In this document: positions 57,947 to 64,000 of the stretch, piece by piece
Layout: the number at the start of each line of letters is the position of its first letter
Position numbering within the stretch: position 1 is the stretch's first letter
DNA from: an uncultured delta proteobacterium
GTDB lineage: Bacteria; Myxococcota; Myxococcia; Myxococcales; Myxococcaceae
Direction: 5' to 3'
Assembly: GCA_963796055.1 (NCBI GenBank)
Contig: CAWCKH010000003.1
Coordinates: 192,001 to 256,000 of the forward strand
DNA: 64,000 nucleotides
Position numbers and translations under genes: made by a program
The notes under the pieces: generated by a model
Database searches by the model: none
What the model saw: the letters and a program-made list of their open reading frames with translations, nothing else
What the model was told of the DNA's origin: nothing

Positions 57947-58765
57947 GTGGACCTCCTCGCCACCGCTCGACGGCTCGAGGCGATCCAGGCCGAGGTCGTC
58001 CGCGGCCTTGCCGCCGAGTCCGAGCCGGTCGCGGGTGGCTGGATGGCTGCCAACGGCCCCGGCTCATACCTGAACAAGGCCGCGGGACTGGGCTTCGAGG
58101 CCGAGCCGACCGACGAGGACGTCGGCCGGGTGGAACGCTTCTTCGCCTCGCGGGGCATCGAGCCTCGGGTGGAGCTGACCCAGTTCGCTCCCCTGCCCTT
58201 CCTCCGCCGCCTCGCCGAGCACGGGTTCGTGCTGCAGGAGTTCGAGAACACGCTGATCCTCCCGCTGCAAAGCCTCGGGGAGCCGCGGGCGCTGCTCCCA
58301 GTCGGCTGGCCCGAGGGCGTGCGGATCGAGCACGTCCACCCGTCGGACGACTCCCAGGTGGAGACCTTCGTCCGCACCAGTGCCAGCGGCTTCATCCCGG
58401 AAGGTGAGCCCACGCCCGAGGAGTTCCTCCGGACCGGCGTTCGCGCCGCGCGCGTCCCGGAGCACGACAGCTACATCGCCTACGTCGGCACCGAGGTCGC
58501 CGGAGCCGGCGGGTGCGGGACCCGCGGAGGCTCGACCTCGCTCTTCGGGACCTCCGTCCTCCCCCGGTTCCGCAGGCGCGGCATCCAGCAGGCGCTGATG
58601 GCGGTGCGGCTGGAGCGGGCGCTCGCGCTCGGCTCGGACCTGGCCGACATCACCTCGCACCCGGGCATCCCGACCGAGCGAAACGCCGCCCGGCTCGGTT
58701 TCCGCCTCGCCTACGTCCGCGCCGTCCTGGTGAAGCGCGGGCCCGGGCTCGTCCCCTCGCCTTGA
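57947..58765 (+). CDS. GNAT family N-acetyltransferase
   Basis: LFGTSVLPRFRRRGIQQAL, RNAARLGF. Confidence 0.85.
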   Translation: MDLLATARRLEAIQAEVVRGLAAESEPVAGGWMAANGPGSYLNKAAGLGFEAEPTDEDVGRVERFFASRGIEPRVELTQFAPLPFLRRLAEHGFVLQEFENTLILPLQSLGEPRALLPVGWPEGVRIEHVHPSDDSQVETFVRTSASGFIPEGEPTPEEFLRTGVRAARVPEHDSYIAYVGTEVAGAGGCGTRGGSTSLFGTSVLPRFRRRGIQQALMAVRLERALALGSDLADITSHPGIPTERNAARLGFRLAYVRAVLVKRGPGLVPSP

Positions 58766-58769
58766 CGCG

Positions 58770-59939
58770 CTATGCGCCCGGGGCCCGGAGCTGCCCCTTC
58801 TCCACGATGGTCGTGCCATCGACGGTCACCGTCGCCTGCGGGACGAACCCCAGCGTGCTCCAGGCGCTCACGTCGCCTCCTCCGGCCCAGGTCGTGTCGC
58901 CGGTGAAGAAGCTCACCACCCCCCAGACCGGGGTCGCGTTCAGCTTGCTCCCTGGCGGAGCACGGAGCGCGGGGTTCACCCCGATGTTCACCACCCCGAC
59001 TGCGTCCTTGGCCCCCTTGGCCGTCTGGTAGGCGATCCGGAGCTTCTCCGAGCCCGGCCCGGTCGCGACCATCTCCACCACCTTGCCCGCCTTGATGGTG
59101 AAGGTCAGTCGATCGACGGGCTGGTTCTGGTACCACATCCGGTCCAGGACGACCTTGCCCTCGGCACTGCCGGGAACCGCGGTCAGGTAGACGTCGCCGG
59201 CAGGGAGCCAGGCGGTGATGGTCTGGCCCTTCTTCGCCATCTCCGGGGTCACCTGTCCGTCGCTAAAGAGCACCTTCTGGCCCTCGATCGACATGGTGAC
59301 GTTCGTGCCGTTGCTGGCGGTGACGGTCAGCTTCTTCCCCGAGCCGAGCGCCTTCACCACCGGATCCGCGGCGGCCTTGAGCTTCGTCGGGTCCACCTGG
59401 ATCCCGGCCCAGTAGAGGGTGGTCAGCTGAGCGAGGGGCATTCCGAAGCGCTTCGCCCGCCACTCGGACGGCTCCAGGCCGTTGCCGAGGTTGAGGGCCC
59501 GCAAGCCGGCCTTGCTGTAGGCCTCGCTCACGGGCAGAAAGGCGTTGTTCCGTGCCGTGAGGCGTTCCGGCGCGGTCCCGCTGCACGCCTCCGGGGAGAT
59601 GGCACCGGAGACCGAGATGTCGACCGTCATCACCGAGAGGAGCTTCAGAGCCCCCGCGGCAACGTCAGCGTCGCGCTCCGGCGGGACCTCGGCGCAGATC
59701 CTCCGGACCGATTCATCGCTGGCCAGGTCATAGAAGGACGCTCCCCCGGCCTTCTCCACCTCCACGGCGATGGCGCTCAGCAGCGCCATGTCCTTCGGAT
59801 TTCCACCGACCCGGACCACGTCTCCGGCTTTGACCCCGGCGCTCTGGACCAGGCGCTTGGCGACGTCTGCCGCCTTCGGCGGTGCAGCTGTGGCGGATGC
59901 GGCGAACAGCAACAGCGCTGCGAACGCGGTGCGGTGCAT
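58770..59939 (-). CDS. Secreted M29 aminopeptidase-like protein, metal ligands apparently degenerate
   Basis: Signal peptide; VKAGDVV, NGTNVT, WLPAGDVY, AEGKVV, G.V..IGVNP. Confidence 0.7.
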   Translation of the reverse strand: MHRTAFAALLLFAASATAAPPKAADVAKRLVQSAGVKAGDVVRVGGNPKDMALLSAIAVEVEKAGGASFYDLASDESVRRICAEVPPERDADVAAGALKLLSVMTVDISVSGAISPEACSGTAPERLTARNNAFLPVSEAYSKAGLRALNLGNGLEPSEWRAKRFGMPLAQLTTLYWAGIQVDPTKLKAAADPVVKALGSGKKLTVTASNGTNVTMSIEGQKVLFSDGQVTPEMAKKGQTITAWLPAGDVYLTAVPGSAEGKVVLDRMWYQNQPVDRLTFTIKAGKVVEMVATGPGSEKLRIAYQTAKGAKDAVGVVNIGVNPALRAPPGSKLNATPVWGVVSFFTGDTTWAGGGDVSAWSTLGFVPQATVTVDGTTIVEKGQLRAPGA

Positions 59940-60249
59940 GTGGGCCTCCCCTCGAGCCTGGGGGGACCAAGGCGCCGCTGTTGCGAGAAAGTCAACTGAA
60001 GGACGCCGCGCCGCAGCCCGCCGGGAGGGAGCGCCACGCGCGTGGCCATGGCCGCACCGCCAGTGGCGTGAAGGGACTCGGAGAGCGCGCGGGGCTGCGC
60101 GAGTGTGACGGCGGGCTTCGGCTGCCAGTGGGCCGGCTCGGCTCCCGGGCGTTCAAGCGACCGACCCCGACCGAACGACGGGACGATTGCCGCTTTGTCA
60201 GCACTTTGGAGGATCCGCGGCCACCTGCCGTCGCAGCGAAGGGGGCAAC

Positions 60250-62134
60250 TTGAAGGTCTGCTGCTTGCTGGTCCTGCTTGGGAGCACCTCGGCGCTCGCC
60301 GCATCCACGACGCTCGCGGGCGTCCTCGACGGAACGCTCAAGCCGCGCCCGACGAGCTCTGGCTCGCTCGGGTCGAGCGTGATCGTCTGGAGCGCGAAGA
60401 ACGAGTTCGAGATGTTCCACGTCGTCCTCCTCGGCGGGAACAGGGGCGTTTCAGTCGCCTTGCCCACGCTCACCCGGGTGGGGGGAAGCGAGCAGAATCC
60501 GCGCGGACGAGGTTCGGATCTACGAGGAGCAGGCAATCTCCTTCTCCAGCCGCTCGGGGATCGAGGGGAGGGCCGGTACCTGGCCGGATGCGCTCGTCCC
60601 GTACGGTGCGCAGGTCGAGGTGGGCCTCAGGAAGGTGAACGGCGTCTGGCAAGAGGTGCAGACCACCGAGACCCGCCGAAGCTTCCCGGTGAACGTCAGC
60701 CGCAACACCACCCGGACATTCCTGGTGGAGATCCACGTTCCCGCGGGAACGCCGACCGGGCTCTACCACGGTACGCTGGTCGTCACTGCTCAGGGATCTC
60801 ACGGAACGCCCACCCAGAGCATCCCGGTGGACGTGCACGTCCGCAGCTTCACCCTGCCCTCCACGTCGACGCTCCGGAGCAACGTCAGGCTGGGCGTCGA
60901 CGAGATCTGCCGGGCGCACGGCGACACGGTGGGCGTCTGGTGCCCGGACCAGGTCGCCTTCCGGCGCTGGGCCCGGCTCTACGGGCGCTACCTCCTGGAC
61001 CACCGGATCAGCTCCTACCTTCCCGACGCGCTGAGTCTCCTCTCCGACGGCTCGCCTGACTACGCCACCAGCGAGGCCCGCTTCGCCGCCGACTATGGCC
61101 CGCTGATCGACGGCACCGACCCGTACAGCAGGCTCCGGGGCGCGCGCATCACCGCCATCGCCTACCCGTACCTCCGGGGCGACGATCCGGATGCGGTGAT
61201 GCAGGCCAAGCTTCAGTCGTGGGCCGGCTTCGCCCGGGGGAGAGGTGACTGGTTCGACCGGACCTTCTTCTACACGCAGGACGAGCCCGACTGGAACACC
61301 AACGGCTGGCAGAACGCGATCCACTGGGCGAACCTGGCCCACGCTGCGGACCCGGGCTTCAAGGTCCTCCTCACCGCGCCGATCGACAGCTACGCGACGC
61401 ACGCTGGCGCGGCTTCGGGAGTGGCCAACATCATCGCTCCGGTGCTCGACGCCCTCGACGGCCGCACGGGCCCTCGCCACGGCAACCAGCGGCCGAACTA
61501 CAGCGCATTCCTCGCGCTGGACCCGCGGAACGAGCTCTGGGCTTACCAGAGCTGCGACTCCCATTCCTGCACCTCGACCGACAATCCCGGCATCTATGGC
61601 TGGCCCTCGCTGGTCGTGGACGCCACCGTGGTCCAGGCCCGGGCCGAGCCGTGGATGCACTACATCTATGGAGTCACCGGCCTGCACTACTTCGACTCGG
61701 TGCTGCACCTGGCCGAGGCCTGGAGCACGAACGGCATCACCGACTTCACCGGCAACGGGGACGGGACGCTTCTCTACCCGGGGACGCCCACGGCGATCAG
61801 CGGTGGCTCGACCCAGGGCATCGGGGGCAGCACCCACGTTCCGCTGGCGAGTACGCGGCTCAAGGCGCTCCGGGACGGACTCGAGGACTACGAGTACCTC
61901 CGGATGTGCGAGGCAGCGACGACCGGCACCACGGCGATGAACATCGCCCGCGCGCTGTTCCCCATGCGGTCAGAGGCCGGCGCAGGTCCGGTGAACGAGA
62001 CCGGCAGCATGTACTCGGCGACCAACTGGAACCCGACAACCAGAAGCGACGATCCATCGAGACTCGCCGCCGCGCTCGCTGCCGCGCGCGAGGAGCTCGC
62101 GCGCTGCATCAATCCGGCCGACGCGGCGCAGTGA
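60250..62134 (+). CDS. Secreted DUF4091/GH123-like protein, split by a +1 frameshift at ~60496
   Basis: Signal peptide and AKNEFEMFHVV in one frame; WPDALVP, DEP, WAYQSC, GNGDGTLLYPG and STRLKALRDGLEDYEYL in the next frame. Confidence 0.82.
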
Positions 62135-62148
62135 CGTCGCGGACCGTC

Positions 62149-62430
62149 TCAGCCGACGGACGCGCCGGCGCGTCGACGAGCGCCCCGCGCGCGTGCCTTC
62201 TCCCGCTCACCCTCGCGGGTCCGCAGGGCGGTCCGTGCCGAAAGCGACGCCAGTAGATTCTCGGTGCTGTGGGCGACCTGGTGAACTGCGCGGTCGAAGG
62301 CCGCTCGGTCCGCCCCCGACGGCGCGCGGAGCCCGCTCACCTTCCGGACGTACTGGAGCGCCGCGGCCTCGATCTCCTCGGGAGTCGTCGGTGGCTCGAA
62401 GTTGTAGAGGACCCGGATGTTGCGGCACAT
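62149..62430 (-). CDS. DUF2277 family protein
   Basis: MCRNIRVLYNFEPPTTPEEIEAAALQYVRKVSG. Confidence 0.9.
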   Translation of the reverse strand: MCRNIRVLYNFEPPTTPEEIEAAALQYVRKVSGLRAPSGADRAAFDRAVHQVAHSTENLLASLSARTALRTREGEREKARARGARRRAGASVG

Positions 62431-62482
62431 GGGGGCTCCAGAGACCACGTCGGTGCGGTCGAAGGCAAGCCCGGTCGGCGGC

Positions 62483-63325
62483 TCAGAGCATGGGCAGCGG
62501 ACGACCTCGAGCGAGCGGGAACGCTTCCTCGATCCGGGCGATCTCCTCCTGGGTGAGCCGCAGGTCGGCTGCCGCGGCGTTCTCCCGGACCCGGGAGACC
62601 CTCACCGTCTTGGGGATGGTGAAGACATGCGGGTCGCGGATCAGAAAGGCGAGGGAGATCTGATGTGGCGTCGCCCGGTGCGCCCGGGCGATCTCGGCCA
62701 GCAGCTTCCCTCCGCGGGAGTGCGCAGAGGGGAAGTCTCCGGAGCCGAACGGGCTGTAGCCCACCACCGCCGCCTCGTGCTCGACGCACCAGGGGAGCAC
62801 CCGGCCCTCGATGTCGCGGGCGCGTAGGTTGTAGAGCACCTGGTTGCAGGCAATGCGGCGGGGACCGGCGACCTCCAGCGCCTCGTCCAGGTCGTCCTGG
62901 TCGAAGTTGCTCACCCCCCAGTGGCGGATCTTCCCCTCCCGGACCAGCTGCTCGAACGCGTCGAAGGTGTCCTCGAGTGGATGGCGTCCGCGCCAGTGGA
63001 GCAGGTAGCAATCGAGGTGGTCGGTTCCCAGCCGCGTCAGGCTCGCCTCGCAGGCCCGCACCGTCCCGCTCCGGCTGGCGTGGTCGGGCACCACCTTGGA
63101 GACCAGGAACAGCTCGTCGCGCCGCCCGGCGATGGCCTGGCCCACCAGCGATTCGACGACGCCCCCACCGTACAGCTCGGCGGTATCCACGTGGGTCATC
63201 CCAAGGTCCAGCCCGGCCTGCAGCGCCGCGATCGCCTCCGAGGGATCGTCGCTCTCCAGCTTCCAGGTCCCCTGTCCGATGACCGGGACCGGGATTCCGG
63301 TCCACCCGAACCTGCGCGTCTGCAT
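62483..63325 (-). CDS. Aldo/keto reductase
   Basis: IGQGTW, DTAELYG, LVSKV, YLLHW, GKIRHWGVSNF, NQVLYNL, IPK. Confidence 0.94.
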   Translation of the reverse strand: MQTRRFGWTGIPVPVIGQGTWKLESDDPSEAIAALQAGLDLGMTHVDTAELYGGGVVESLVGQAIAGRRDELFLVSKVVPDHASRSGTVRACEASLTRLGTDHLDCYLLHWRGRHPLEDTFDAFEQLVREGKIRHWGVSNFDQDDLDEALEVAGPRRIACNQVLYNLRARDIEGRVLPWCVEHEAAVVGYSPFGSGDFPSAHSRGGKLLAEIARAHRATPHQISLAFLIRDPHVFTIPKTVRVSRVRENAAAADLRLTQEEIARIEEAFPLARGRPLPML

Positions 63326-63488
63326 GGCGTCAGGGCCTCCTGCTGCCGACACTGGTCCGGCCGATGACCCGGGGGCAAGCCACGGCTCAGCTGCGAAGCG
63401 CATCGAATGACAGCTTGGTGAGGTGCGCACCGAGCCACCCACCGAGCAAGCGCCAGCAGGGCATCCGTTCCGCTAACGTCCAGAGGCA

Positions 63489-64000
63489 ATGGCCACTCCT
63501 GTGTCCGACGAGGTGAAGAAGGCGCTCGGCGCCAAGGATCCGTACGCCCTCGCCGCGGCGGCGAACAAGGAACAGCTGGACGCGCTGCGCAGCGCCGAGG
63601 AGCTCATCGAGGCCGATCGCAAGCGGCTGTCGACGAACAAGTTGACGGTCGCCGCGCAGGTCCTGGTGGGCTGGGTGGCCATCCTGGGGTTCCTGGTCAA
63701 CGCCTACCAGAGCTGGACCAACAAGCAGCAGGCGGAACGACAGGCCCAGGTGGACCAGGATCGCTGGAGCAAGGAGTTCCAGCGGGCCCGGGAGGCCGAC
63801 AAGTACCGTGCATTCTTCGAGACCACCGTGCTGGCCACCGACACCGTCAACCCCGACAAGCGGCTGGTGGGCTACGCGCTCCTCCAGGAGTTCGTGAGCG
63901 ACGCCGAGTACACCAGCAAGGCGATGCTGATGCTCGAGGAGTCTCTGGCCCAGGAGCTCCGCCGAAACACCAACCAGGGCATCGACGAGGCGCACCGCAA
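63489..64000 (+). CDS. Hypothetical protein with one TM helix; runs off window (absent from ORF track)
   Basis: MATPVSDEVKKALGAKDPY...VLVGWVAILGFLVNAYQSW...; GAGG RBS; strong GC3 codon bias; ORF 63387..63995(-) is its antisense shadow. Confidence 0.8.
   Translation, partial: MATPVSDEVKKALGAKDPYALAAAANKEQLDALRSAEELIEADRKRLSTNKLTVAAQVLVGWVAILGFLVNAYQSWTNKQQAERQAQVDQDRWSKEFQRAREADKYRAFFETTVLATDTVNPDKRLVGYALLQEFVSDAEYTSKAMLMLEESLAQELRRNTNQGIDEAHR

Overview
Very GC-rich chromosomal window from a myxobacterium (Myxococcota, probably Myxococcales). Supporting signs are a romR-romA-GGDEF cluster beside valS, a Myxococcus-type LexA box, and a groES-less groEL2 with a CIRCE element and a YGGEDMDY tail. 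The left half (1-28 kb) is mostly conserved core: mlaEFD-like transporter, lexA, nlpD-like, surE, eno, glpX, nadC, valS, romR and groEL. A selenocysteine tRNA (selC) at about 28.9 kb is flanked by two gene remnants. The more variable right half holds a kelch lipoprotein, an internally duplicated 1.4-kaa membrane protein, a Ser/Thr kinase, a pseudo-cyclase with an output-less heme-c/HAMP sensor, treZ, ppx/ppk1, two ABC-F ATPases, Hsp20, a HelY-like helicase and others. The best candidate for an undescribed system is a translationally coupled trio at 50.9-53.5 kb: a divergent tRNA-guanine transglycosylase, a MnmC-like aminomethyl methyltransferase and a 2OG-Fe(II) oxygenase, which suggests a novel (methyl-preQ1-type) nucleic acid modification pathway. 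Other oddities are two +1 A frameshifts in the same CAGAATCC context, an ATC start for surE in frame behind the eno UGA, and a dispersed NotI-rich intergenic repeat family. All calls come from reading motifs by eye; no database searches were run, and start codons are best estimates.
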